A stretch of 64,000 nucleotides of DNA from a virus, in the IMG/VR virus record IMGVR_UViG_3300009537_000002, positions 23,821 through 87,820 of that record. One strand, written 5' to 3'. The notes under the pieces are model-generated. The model worked only from the letters and a program-made list of their open reading frames with translations, was not told the origin of the DNA and searched no databases. This document shows, in pieces, positions 19,840 to 30,000 of the stretch. The position numbers and the translations under genes were made by a program. The stretch's first letter is position 1, and every line of letters starts with the position of its first letter.

Positions 19840-20316
19840 TTAGGCTCCTCTAGCGTCCCGAGTTATCTGGCTTTCTTCCAGGAAGAACACACTGTCCTCA
19901 AGAGTATCATATAGGAACGTCACGACAACAGGCTCTCCAATGCTGATATTGTTACCAGAAGTAGCCGTAGCTTCAACATTAAGCATAATCAAGGCTTGGT
20001 GTCTGCCCACTGGAATCACACGAACGCTCACGTCCTCTGACCTGAGAATACCAGCAGCTACGAGTCGACTTTTGAATCTGCTACGCATGGCCTCTCCAAC
20101 TTCTCGAGAGTTGGGTTCGCCACGGAACTCAGACATGTTAGCTCCCAGGTTGGGATGCATCTGCCAGTCATTGAACTCAGACCTAGCTATTGTATGGATC
20201 TCATTGAGGAGAGAGCGCAACAGGTCATCTTCGGTGTCCTTAAGGTCACCGTCCTTGCCCAAGATGAAATCCCCATCCCAAGTCCAGTCTAGGTCAATGC
20301 TGTCATAGTTAGCCAC
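19840..20316 (-). CDS. gp25-like baseplate protein (sheath initiator)
   Basis: 158 aa directly before baseplate J. DGDLKD...HPNLGANMSEFRGEPN fits the gp25-like fold. Confidence 0.75.
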   Translation of the reverse strand: MANYDSIDLDWTWDGDFILGKDGDLKDTEDDLLRSLLNEIHTIARSEFNDWQMHPNLGANMSEFRGEPNSREVGEAMRSRFKSRLVAAGILRSEDVSVRVIPVGRHQALIMLNVEATATSGNNISIGEPVVVTFLYDTLEDSVFFLEESQITRDARGA

Positions 20317-20326
20317 GGTCCCCTCC

Positions 20327-20683
20327 TTAGGCGATGCTTGCTGGGTTCATTAGTGCTGTCATGAACCCCATGTCCTTCATGATTGTGGTGATAAATGCTA
20401 GGGGAGGAAACGGGATCTGCCCTGGCATTGGTGTCACCAAAGTAGTTGGGATCATCTGTACAAAGTCGTTCATCTTGACGAACAATCCACCATTTCGTAT
20501 ATTTTCTGATGTTACATTCAAGACGATTGATTTCCCTGTGATAATTGTTCCATTCTTGGAAGTGGCCACGAAGTTGTTACGGTTAGCAACCATATAGGCC
20601 TTTTCCTCTGCTACCATGAATCCAGCTTGAGAGTCCTTGGTGGCTGTCCAAATCTTCACGTTAGCCTTTTGTTTCTGTGCCAT
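20327..20683 (-). CDS. Putative spike-associated protein
   Basis: Likely start MAQKQKA at 20683 with GGAGG 6 nt upstream; the longer ORF-track start overlaps the spike gene. Confidence 0.5.
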   Translation of the reverse strand: MAQKQKANVKIWTATKDSQAGFMVAEEKAYMVANRNNFVATSKNGTIITGKSIVLNVTSENIRNGGLFVKMNDFVQMIPTTLVTPMPGQIPFPPLAFITTIMKDMGFMTALMNPASIA

Positions 20684-20693
20684 TGCTGCCTCC

Positions 20694-21158
20694 TTAGATG
20701 GAAATACCACCAGTAAAAATCTCGTGTACCTGAGTGGCCAGCTCGTTCGATCTTGTCTTCTTACGTCCTGTTCCAAAGATTGCCTCACCGGCATCGCTGA
20801 TGACTTCCACTACAGATTCTCGACCAGGAATATGCTTACCACGCCAATAGATGCGCACAATCAAGCCTTTCCTGAGAGCACCATATAGCTGGTGAATCAC
20901 AGTGATAGGTTGCAGAATAGGTAGCAGAGCTCCCTCACCCTGTTGGTCAGGGCCAGCGCCAATACGAATCCTATTGCCACCACGATCAAAGATGTCCACA
21001 CGGACGGTCGATTTGTCTTCGTCTACATCGGCAACAACACCATAGCTGATACGAACCTGTTCGTCTTTGGGTTCACCGCCTCTCTGCATCGACTGATCGA
21101 AGGTCTTCTGAACGGGATTTGTGTGCAGTGGTTTACCAGCTTGAGAACCCTTCAACAT
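20694..21158 (-). CDS. Baseplate central spike, OB-fold (gp5/gpV-like) N-terminal domain
   Basis: YGVVADVDEDKSTVRVDI...GLIVRIYW pattern; lies between hub and gp25-like genes. Confidence 0.55.
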   Translation of the reverse strand: MLKGSQAGKPLHTNPVQKTFDQSMQRGGEPKDEQVRISYGVVADVDEDKSTVRVDIFDRGGNRIRIGAGPDQQGEGALLPILQPITVIHQLYGALRKGLIVRIYWRGKHIPGRESVVEVISDAGEAIFGTGRKKTRSNELATQVHEIFTGGISI

Positions 21159-21160
21159 TG

Positions 21161-24100
21161 TTACCTCGCAAATAGAGTATCATAGAAGTCACCCTGAGTA
21201 CGACCCACCCAAGCATTTGGCTGATACTTATCGTAAACATCACTGAGCATGAGACCAATACCCTCATCAGCTTCCTTGGCCCATTTAACAATCTCATCAC
21301 CAATGCTCTGAACAAATGTACCTTCCGTCTTCTTAATTGGCAATCCTGCCACCATGGCATTGCCACCTTTTACTAGCGGGCTATATCGGAACGGATGAGC
21401 CAGCTGGCTACGAGTGATCAACTTCTTGAAAATAAAGGTACCAATCATACCAAAGGCTGTGTTTGATGTACCTTGAGACAGAGCGTTCTCAGAGCTGTTG
21501 AAGAACATGTTGGCAATCGGGGTAAATGCATAGTTTAATGCAACAGCTCCTGCTCCTGCTACGGATGCTACAGCAGCCAGTGAACTACCAGCGACTCCTA
21601 CTGTTGTAGCCAAGTCTCCACTACCAACAGCACTTGTAGCTCCAGCAGCCACTGCACTAGGTGCACCGGTCATCAGGCTGGGCAGACTAGCGAGTCCCTG
21701 TTTTTGTAGAGCATACTCGGCCATCAATCCCATAGCATCACTAGTGCTCAGAGTTGTGTGTTGGTTTACGTGGACTATCAAGTCTGGTGTGATCTCTGTA
21801 ATGAAACCTGTGTCTTGGGAAAATCTATGGACCACTTGTTCTACTTCGATAGGACCAAACATGTCAGAGTACTCATCAAAAACATAGCAAATGTCATGTG
21901 GCTTGATACGTGGGTTTCCTACAATGACAATAGAACCACGATAGCTTTCCTTGAGAGTGTTGTATAGAAGACCAACAGCATAGCGCTTGGCCATCTCATA
22001 TCCTACACAGTTAGGATACTGAGCAAAGAGCTCACGGACATCTTCGTCCTTCACAGCAGCATCAGCACGGAGTGTGAATGTTTGGAGGTCATCGAAGACT
22101 AGCTGTGCTGTCTCGTCGCTAACATCGGCCGCATCATCACCATACTGTAGAGTCACTGTGTTGAACACGTTGCCAGATGACTCAATATTGTTCATCAAGA
22201 TGTGCTGAGTGCTAGTCAGGACATGGTAGTTCCTGAATGGCTTGATGAAACCTTGGTCGAGAGCAAAGTTCTTAATCTTCTTTCTGATCCAGAACTTCCT
22301 GGCTTGCTCGTATGGGTCTAGATCTTTTTGAATATCGTCTGTGACCTGCGCAGCAGCAACTCCTGCAATTGCGCCAAGGCCTGGACCTGCAATTGCAACA
22401 CCCACTGCCCCAGCTGCCAGTCCCACATTGGACGGTGCTGACTTGTTTGGATCGGTAGCCTTGTCGAGCTCGGTGCGACTATCTCTAAGCGTATCGACAG
22501 CGTCTTGTACGACCTTCTCAATACCCTCAATCTTATTGTCCTCGTTGAATGAAGGATCTCGAGCAAAGTAAAGCTGGTCGGGAACACCAAAGAACATTGT
22601 CATCCTTGGACCCCACTTACCTTCGTAGGGTACGGGGTAGGCTATGTAGGATGGGTGGCGAAGGGTCATCTCCTGGAAGGTGTCCCACACCGTGCTGTGG
22701 TACAAAGTGTACTTGGCAGTGGAATCGAAGAGGCCCCAGATACCCCTGCCCTTTGGTGCAAAGATGTTGTCGTCCTGGGGACTTGGCACAAAGTTCCACT
22801 CGTTGCGCAAAGATCCATAAGCCGTGTTGTTGGCCTTACCGCCCTCCCAACGACCAAAATGTACAACCTCTGGGAACGAGAGCATCTCTTCAAGAATCTT
22901 ACCAGTACGCCCCGTGCTGGAAAGGAACCCACCGAATGTTTTTACCTCACCATGCTGGTTCTGAACGAGCTCAACGGCGAAGCTCTGACAGACGATCTGT
23001 ACCATGTCATCACTTTCACTGAACGCAATGTCAGTGATAACGCCATTCAGTACGGTCTCGAGTTCATCTGGATCGTTGTTGTATCCTAAACGCAATTGCA
23101 TCTGCTGACCCGGTTTAAGCATCAATGAAGCAATCGGATTTTCATCGGCCGTGTTGGTAAGCAGAGGATCATTGTAGTCCTCAGTCACAATACGACCATC
23201 TGCTCCTCTAGGATCATCTGGGTCAGCTAGCTCTCTGAATTTACGATTACTGAGCACACCACTAACATTGGTCATACTGATGACCGCTAGGTCAACACCA
23301 ACCTTTCTACTTCTGATTACCTTGATGTCCTTGATTGAACTATAGGAGAAGAAGTCATCAAAACCAAATCGCTTACGCTCACCGAGGTCAGATTCAATGA
23401 AGTAGAGTCGGAACGTAGGGTATGCACGAAGTAGAGAGTAACCCTGACCATTGTGCATGTCTTTCTCGAGCTGTTCGATGCTTTTGGTGAAGAGAGACTC
23501 GTTTGTTGGATTGAGTCCAACAACAGGACCCTGACACACCCTTGCTTCACCTTTGAGCTTTGCTTCTGGATCAACAAACAGACCACCCGGATCGATCATA
23601 CCAAAGTGAAGGTGCGCACCTGTGCTAGCACCGGAACTTCCAACACGACCAATAATTTGACCCTGGGCCACGGACACCGTACCCAGGGCTGTCTTAGCAT
23701 TAGCCAAAGCTGCATACTCACCTTCAAACAACATGTGAGAGTATGTGGTTTTCCAACCACCGTCATGTGCCAGTTCGATACTGTTGCCTGAGTTCTTACG
23801 AGGCTGTTCGGCCTTGTCGGGATCCCATGGCTCATCACGAATGAAGGTGATATTGCCATCAGCAGCAGCACGGACAGGCAGGCCCAATGAACCTCCACGA
23901 GCAGAGATGTCTATGCCTTTGTGGGGTGTTATTTTCCTTTCAAAGTCACCACTCTGTAGAGCTTCTGCAAAACCCTTTTTGTCAAAACCATCCTTGTTGT
24001 TGAAGAACCCAACAATCTTTCCGGTATCTTTGTTCTTCAGCGCAATGGGGCTGATACGATCCAAATCGAACTTACTTGTCACAACCCTATTATTTGGATC

Positions 24101-27067
24101 AGTTGGCCAAGTCCAAACAGGTTCCTTGTTAGGGTCTCGTGGCTGTGCAGGTACATATGCTGGTTCACCCTTGAACTCAATCGAGTTTGTGCCAAAACGA
24201 TGTCTGGCTTTGGCATAATGCTTCTCATTTGGAGTCAAAGTGGCACCAGGTCGTGTCTTGAGAACCATGAGACCTGGTGAACGAGCTTCACCAAGCACAC
24301 TGAATGCAGACAGGTCCATCTTGGGAAGGCTAATAGGCTCATCGTGGCGTGCTTCCGTCTGGATACTACATGCCAAGCCATTCTCTACGTCGATGAGATC
24401 ATCATAGTGGAACACGGCCTCGGACGCTTGAATCTGAGCCTTCACAGCCTCTTGTACTTCTTTGCGCTTTGCTTCGTCTTCATCACTCTCAAACACACTG
24501 GCCCAGAAACTTTTGTCGAATTGTGTGTTAGCAGACTCGAGTCTAATTTGATTAGCCAGGGCGGGACCCATCTTAGCCTCATATGACTGTTCCACCCATG
24601 ACTTCTCGGCACCAGCGCGCTGAGTTGCATCTTCTTGCGAAGCCTTGATAGCTTCGATTGCTTTCTGTTGCACCTTGAACGGAATGAGGCTATTCACGTC
24701 ATCAGTGAGTTGATTGTACATATAGAAGTCTGGTTGCAATAGAATGCTGAGCCCTTTCTGCCTGGCACCAAAAACACCACGCTTAGCCGCCGTGAGTAAT
24801 TCTTCAGTGGCCATCCGCATAGCACTCTCGTCTGACGTGCTGAGGATCTGAACAACCTGTCGTAGAGGAAAGTCTGGATAGCAATCACCACTACTGGCCA
24901 TGATGTTCTCACTAAGCATCTCTCTCACAAGCTTGAACTGCGGAAGGTGGATGTGGTCAGTAAACGTAATCTTATCCAAGAAGGCCACAGAGAAGTGCAG
25001 CCAGTCCTGAAGAAATTCGTTGATGAAGTTGGCAACACGATTTACCTGGAGCTCCTCCACTGTGTCCACCTGGCTGGTTTGGATAGCGGCAAGAGTAGCA
25101 TTCTGCACCTCGGTATCTCCGCGTTGGATCGCCCGGGCAGCAGCAACCGATGCTTGACCCATCTCTCGAGAGTTTTTAATGTTTCGAGCTGCATCGCTGC
25201 GTGCTTCTTCAAGAGTACTTGGATCAAAGTGCACGCTGGCTCTCAATACTTGAGGAAGAAGAAATCTAATAGCCGGGAACAGATCTTCCTGAAGTCGCTG
25301 AATACCCGGAGCATCATCGTTATCTAGAGAGAAGAATTCGCTACTAGGAGGTACGAGACTGTCAAATGCATCAAACAACTCTAGATAGAGGTTGTTGAAT
25401 TCCTCGGCATATTCTTCACACAGAGTTCTAAATGCCTGGTTCCTGACAGGGTCGTTTGACGTCTTACCTTGTGGAGCATACTTGTAGAGACCTACTGTAT
25501 TTGCGATAGTTTTAAGCGACTCTGCGCTTCGACCGAACTGTCTCTCAAAGGTAAGATTCTTCAACAAGATCTCAGAGACCATGTTTCGAATATCTTGTCT
25601 AGTCTGCATACGCTGTCCGGGCTGAATGCTCTCCTTTGTATTTGGCTCAATAGGATTGTCGATCAGTTCAAGACTAGCAGTATAGGTACCAGGCTGGCCT
25701 GGTACCGTACCAGTTATCAAAGCATTGGGAATGAAGTGGTGTAACCCACACATGTTGACCAAGCCATTGAACAGGCGAATGTTTCTTTGACCCTGTGGGA
25801 TGACCTTGAATTTGTGTGCCTGGTCTTCCACGGTGTTGTAGAAGCTAGTTAGAGCAGACAAAGAATCTTCGGATGTTGTGACAATAGACAGGGTTACTAC
25901 GCCGTCAACACTGCCGATGTGCTGGAAGGTAGGATATGGATGACCAATGAGAGGAAGTTGTGCCAGCACATTCTCAAAGCTGATGGTCAGACCAGTAACG
26001 ATTAATCCACTGGATGGACCATTGAGTGCCAGATAACGAGATCGCTCGAGAAGCATTGTGCTTTCTGGCTCAGCCTGACCGACCTCTCTTCGTGGGGCTT
26101 GAGGCGTATCATTAAATGTAATAGCCTCCCCCTTGTTATTGAACACTGGATACCACACAGCGCGGTCAAGTAGAGAGAACCTGTTGTCTGCACCAGGTGC
26201 CAAGGTATCATCCAAAATATCGTTGACCTTCTGAACAGTAAGTTTCTCGGGACCCATAGAAGTAATGTGTCCAAACGTTTCTTCTGCAAGAAGTAATCCG
26301 CGCTCACGACCACGCGCTGCCACCAAAGACTTGATTACCTGTGCGTTAGCGCTGGTTCTTTGATCTGACTTCTTGGACACACTGAGCGCAATTTCTTTTT
26401 GAAGTTGCTGCAGTGCCTCAAAGTCTCTCTCCAGTTCACGATACTGATCTACTGTAAGAGAAGCGAACTGCTGAAACCTCATGCTGATGGCTTTGTCATC
26501 GAGCTTCTTGATCTTCTTGTAATCGTTTCGCTGTTGCTCAGCCCTGTACATAGTCTTCCAAGGCAGAGACTCAGCTGGGTTTGGAGTAGAGATAGCAGAG
26601 AAGAAATCCTTCTTGTAGCTCCAGTCCTTCAGAAACGCGTGGTAGTTGAACCACTGGAAAAAGAAGGTAACATCAACAGTATTAGTTGAGTCGTTCTCTT
26701 TAGAGATGTGGAGCTGTTGCAACGCCAACACCATCTGAGGTTCGGGTGAGCCACCCAACACACTGTTGCGAACGAACTGATTCTCTACGTAGCAGAATGG
26801 AGTGACACGAAACTGAGATACTAGATTGCGGAGCTGTTCTAGTCCGTTGTCGAGCTTGTTGTGACCGAATGCGCCTCGCGTAGTAGTCGTAAACTTCGCC
26901 GACACCATAATACGAATGGTTGAGAAGCCCGACTTGGACTTGATGGACGACCTAGTACGCAGGGTGTTCCACATGTGATTGACGGACTTCTTGTCAATCT
27001 GGATTTGTTCTGGTGGAATGTTGAGTACGATGTCGTTGATTTGGAAAAATCCATTATCTCCAGGCAT
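21161..27067 (-). CDS. Baseplate hub-like protein with internal M23 metallopeptidase
   Basis: 1968 aa. M23 motifs HKGID (~23909-23923), YSHM and HLHF (23603-23614); hub-like C-terminal part (IEVEQVVHRFSQDTGFITEITP). Confidence 0.75.
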   Translation of the reverse strand: MPGDNGFFQINDIVLNIPPEQIQIDKKSVNHMWNTLRTRSSIKSKSGFSTIRIMVSAKFTTTTRGAFGHNKLDNGLEQLRNLVSQFRVTPFCYVENQFVRNSVLGGSPEPQMVLALQQLHISKENDSTNTVDVTFFFQWFNYHAFLKDWSYKKDFFSAISTPNPAESLPWKTMYRAEQQRNDYKKIKKLDDKAISMRFQQFASLTVDQYRELERDFEALQQLQKEIALSVSKKSDQRTSANAQVIKSLVAARGRERGLLLAEETFGHITSMGPEKLTVQKVNDILDDTLAPGADNRFSLLDRAVWYPVFNNKGEAITFNDTPQAPRREVGQAEPESTMLLERSRYLALNGPSSGLIVTGLTISFENVLAQLPLIGHPYPTFQHIGSVDGVVTLSIVTTSEDSLSALTSFYNTVEDQAHKFKVIPQGQRNIRLFNGLVNMCGLHHFIPNALITGTVPGQPGTYTASLELIDNPIEPNTKESIQPGQRMQTRQDIRNMVSEILLKNLTFERQFGRSAESLKTIANTVGLYKYAPQGKTSNDPVRNQAFRTLCEEYAEEFNNLYLELFDAFDSLVPPSSEFFSLDNDDAPGIQRLQEDLFPAIRFLLPQVLRASVHFDPSTLEEARSDAARNIKNSREMGQASVAAARAIQRGDTEVQNATLAAIQTSQVDTVEELQVNRVANFINEFLQDWLHFSVAFLDKITFTDHIHLPQFKLVREMLSENIMASSGDCYPDFPLRQVVQILSTSDESAMRMATEELLTAAKRGVFGARQKGLSILLQPDFYMYNQLTDDVNSLIPFKVQQKAIEAIKASQEDATQRAGAEKSWVEQSYEAKMGPALANQIRLESANTQFDKSFWASVFESDEDEAKRKEVQEAVKAQIQASEAVFHYDDLIDVENGLACSIQTEARHDEPISLPKMDLSAFSVLGEARSPGLMVLKTRPGATLTPNEKHYAKARHRFGTNSIEFKGEPAYVPAQPRDPNKEPVWTWPTDPNNRVVTSKFDLDRISPIALKNKDTGKIVGFFNNKDGFDKKGFAEALQSGDFERKITPHKGIDISARGGSLGLPVRAAADGNITFIRDEPWDPDKAEQPRKNSGNSIELAHDGGWKTTYSHMLFEGEYAALANAKTALGTVSVAQGQIIGRVGSSGASTGAHLHFGMIDPGGLFVDPEAKLKGEARVCQGPVVGLNPTNESLFTKSIEQLEKDMHNGQGYSLLRAYPTFRLYFIESDLGERKRFGFDDFFSYSSIKDIKVIRSRKVGVDLAVISMTNVSGVLSNRKFRELADPDDPRGADGRIVTEDYNDPLLTNTADENPIASLMLKPGQQMQLRLGYNNDPDELETVLNGVITDIAFSESDDMVQIVCQSFAVELVQNQHGEVKTFGGFLSSTGRTGKILEEMLSFPEVVHFGRWEGGKANNTAYGSLRNEWNFVPSPQDDNIFAPKGRGIWGLFDSTAKYTLYHSTVWDTFQEMTLRHPSYIAYPVPYEGKWGPRMTMFFGVPDQLYFARDPSFNEDNKIEGIEKVVQDAVDTLRDSRTELDKATDPNKSAPSNVGLAAGAVGVAIAGPGLGAIAGVAAAQVTDDIQKDLDPYEQARKFWIRKKIKNFALDQGFIKPFRNYHVLTSTQHILMNNIESSGNVFNTVTLQYGDDAADVSDETAQLVFDDLQTFTLRADAAVKDEDVRELFAQYPNCVGYEMAKRYAVGLLYNTLKESYRGSIVIVGNPRIKPHDICYVFDEYSDMFGPIEVEQVVHRFSQDTGFITEITPDLIVHVNQHTTLSTSDAMGLMAEYALQKQGLASLPSLMTGAPSAVAAGATSAVGSGDLATTVGVAGSSLAAVASVAGAGAVALNYAFTPIANMFFNSSENALSQGTSNTAFGMIGTFIFKKLITRSQLAHPFRYSPLVKGGNAMVAGLPIKKTEGTFVQSIGDEIVKWAKEADEGIGLMLSDVYDKYQPNAWVGRTQGDFYDTLFAR

Positions 27068-27082
27068 TTACGGTTCGACCCC

Positions 27083-30000
27083 TTACATGAGCTTACTTGC
27101 GATCTCGTGTGGCGACAAGCGTGATCTGTTGTCTCTCAAGTTTACACTAGTATTTCTACCCATTCCAGCAAATCCAGATGCCAGGGCGGTGCCGTCTACA
27201 CCTGCCGGTGCTCTTGCTGCGACTCGAGCTCCACCTGATGGTGGACTCATTGAGAGTCTAACGTTCTGGTTTCTCATAACAAGAGGAGTAGTTGGTGAAC
27301 CGACATCCTTTGTACCTGGGTGTACATCTTCTGGCCTCATCCTATTGACGGCCTTACGTCGATTCATGTTTAGTCTAGCATCTGGGATCTTACCACGACC
27401 AGACCCTACTGTCTTTGGGGGGTCAGACAAGATGGCACCCAGCGCCAGTGTACCAGCAAACCCCAGACCGATAGCCTTATGGTGACGCAGTAGACCTGCA
27501 CCCAAAGCGCCCATCTTGTTAGTAGCAGTTGAATATGCAGTGGCCACCTTCTTCATCATACCAGGAGCTTCTTGCATACCCATGAAGGCTGTTCTTGCAG
27601 ACAGCTCTGCAATTTCTATCTGCTTAGCACGAGCACCACGACCAGCAAGTAGCTCTGCAGTACGAGTGAATCCTGTGCGGTCGGCTTCATTGAGTGAACG
27701 CATCATCTCTCGAGTCGCAGAGTGCACGTTGATACCTTGAATTTGCTGAGCCATTTTAGTACCAGTAGCACTAGAAATAGCCTTGGCACCTTCTGCATCT
27801 AGATGAACGGTGCCCTGCAACATAGCCTTGGCTACTGTATCGTCTTTGACGATGGTTGCAATATTGCCTTCAAGTGTCTTGGCATCTCTGCCCTGCATAG
27901 CATCTGTGATGCTCATCATGAGACCTTGGAGTCCACCTTCAGCAGCTTCCAAAGCCGACATATGCTTAGCAGAGATAGGAGCTTGTTCGAGCCACTCCAA
28001 CAGGAAACGAGCATCACTGGCAGCTGCACCCTGGCCAAACTTGGTGAGCGATCTCTTGGCTGCTGTCATTTCAAGTGACAGAGGAGCGATCCACTTCTGT
28101 CCGACTGACAACTTTTCCACCTCAGCCATCATCTGCTTGAGTGGAATGGTTTCAGCTCCAGTAGCAGCTTTACCAGCCTTGAAGAGCTGCATCCTTACCT
28201 GATGCTGCGTGTATCTGCGAGCGTACTCACTATCCTGTAGCATACTTGCTTTGCGAAGAGCTTCTTCGTTACGAGGACCCAACAAGAAAGTAGAATAGGC
28301 ATCAGCGTCCTTGTCACCTGCCAAGCCAACTAATGGACCAAGTGTCAATGTCTTCTCTTCGAAAGCTCCACCTACCTCAGTGGCTACACGGACGTTCTTG
28401 GTTATTTCGGGCAAGACTATGAGATTGGATCGGCCTTCGACCATGCGCATACGAACTGGCTGCATAGAGAATTCACCAAGCAGCGGGTGGCGTCCTAGCA
28501 TACCAGCGATCTCTCCACCTTTTTCAAACCTGGTCCTCATCGCCTCGAGTGCTTCAATGTCTCCCTTATAGAGACCTGTCTCAACCATTTCATTCCACAT
28601 GCCAAGGAAATTCTCCCTGGTGATACCAACAACATTAGCTTCACGGATGGCAGTGGCTGCACCACCCACTCGCTGTGCAGAGACACCGCGAAGAAAACGA
28701 GAGCCTAGAACCTTACCACGTGCAACAGCACCAATGCCTTTGCCAGCAGGCACAAATTCTCTACGTAGTATGTCTCTTTGGAACCCTAACTGGCGGGTGA
28801 GTTCTTCTTGAGAGATCAATCCTTCCTCTGCTTGGCCCACCTTGGCAGCGATGTCACCATAGATTTCAGACAACCGACCTCGTGAGGTGACACCTGCATG
28901 TGTTTCATAGGGACGTAACTGAGTCATAATGTCCATTCCTGGAACATAGATTTCCTGACCAGCTCCTCGGATGACACCACCACCGCGTTCTAGAAACTTC
29001 TGGAAGTTTTCGCCCTGTCTAAAGATAGCCGCACCAGCAGGAGCAGCAGTACCTGACATAGTAGCAAGAGTCTTCTGTAGCTCCTGGTGCGCAATGAGAG
29101 TTTCAGGAGAGGTAGCAGCCAGACGCTGCATGAGTTCTTCACTGACGTCTCCACCTGCTGTACCCAAAGCACCACCCTTAAGAATGTCGAACACACGAGG
29201 TTCAACAGAGCCAAGCCCACCGACATCCAACATTGGACCGCCATAAGCAAACTCTGGCAGACCCATCGCAGTGCCACGTTGAAGTGCCTCTTCAAAAGTA
29301 CCAAGCGCCTTACCACGCAATCCAGCACGAGCCAACATTGCAGACACAACACCACGTCCACCTTTTTCAGCTGTACCACCCATAACATATGGAACAGCAC
29401 CAAATGCTTCACCAAACTCACGCTCTGTGACGTCCATCATGCCAACAGCAAATTGCATTGCTCTTTCAGTAAACCTTCTGTGACTGAATGCTCCACCTTT
29501 GAATGCTTGAGCAGCAAACGCTTCACCTGGTGCTGCCATGAATCGTGCTTGAGCTCGAGTGAACGGAGCTCCGCGGCGCTCAAGAATCCCTTGAAGTGAG
29601 TCAACCATCTGTCTACGATGGAGAGCTCGATTTTTTCTGAGTTCATCCATGCTGATAATGATGTCTACATTACGATCATGAATACCAAGTTGTCTGAGTG
29701 CACCACCAAAAGCCTGTTCTTCTCTAAAGAGAGCTAGGGCTTTAGCACCACCAAACAACTTGCCGCCATGAGCAAACTGGTGACGGCGAAGAATTTCTAC
29801 AGAGACCTCTTCACCAGCAGCACGACGAACACCAGTGATAGCGGCACCCTCAGGTAAAGTGAATGGCTTGCCTTCAGGAGTGAGGCCGAGTACTTCTCCT
29901 CCTCTGATACCTCCACCAGCAATGTCTTCCCGAGCTCGAATAAGCTTCTGAGTCACAGATTCTTCGAAGATCATCTTGTCGCCTGTGCGAGCTCGAAACA

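Noticed and set aside
20684-20794. N-terminal extension of 20327..20794
   Set aside because: It overlaps the spike gene, and a GGAGG-ATG at 20683 is the better start.
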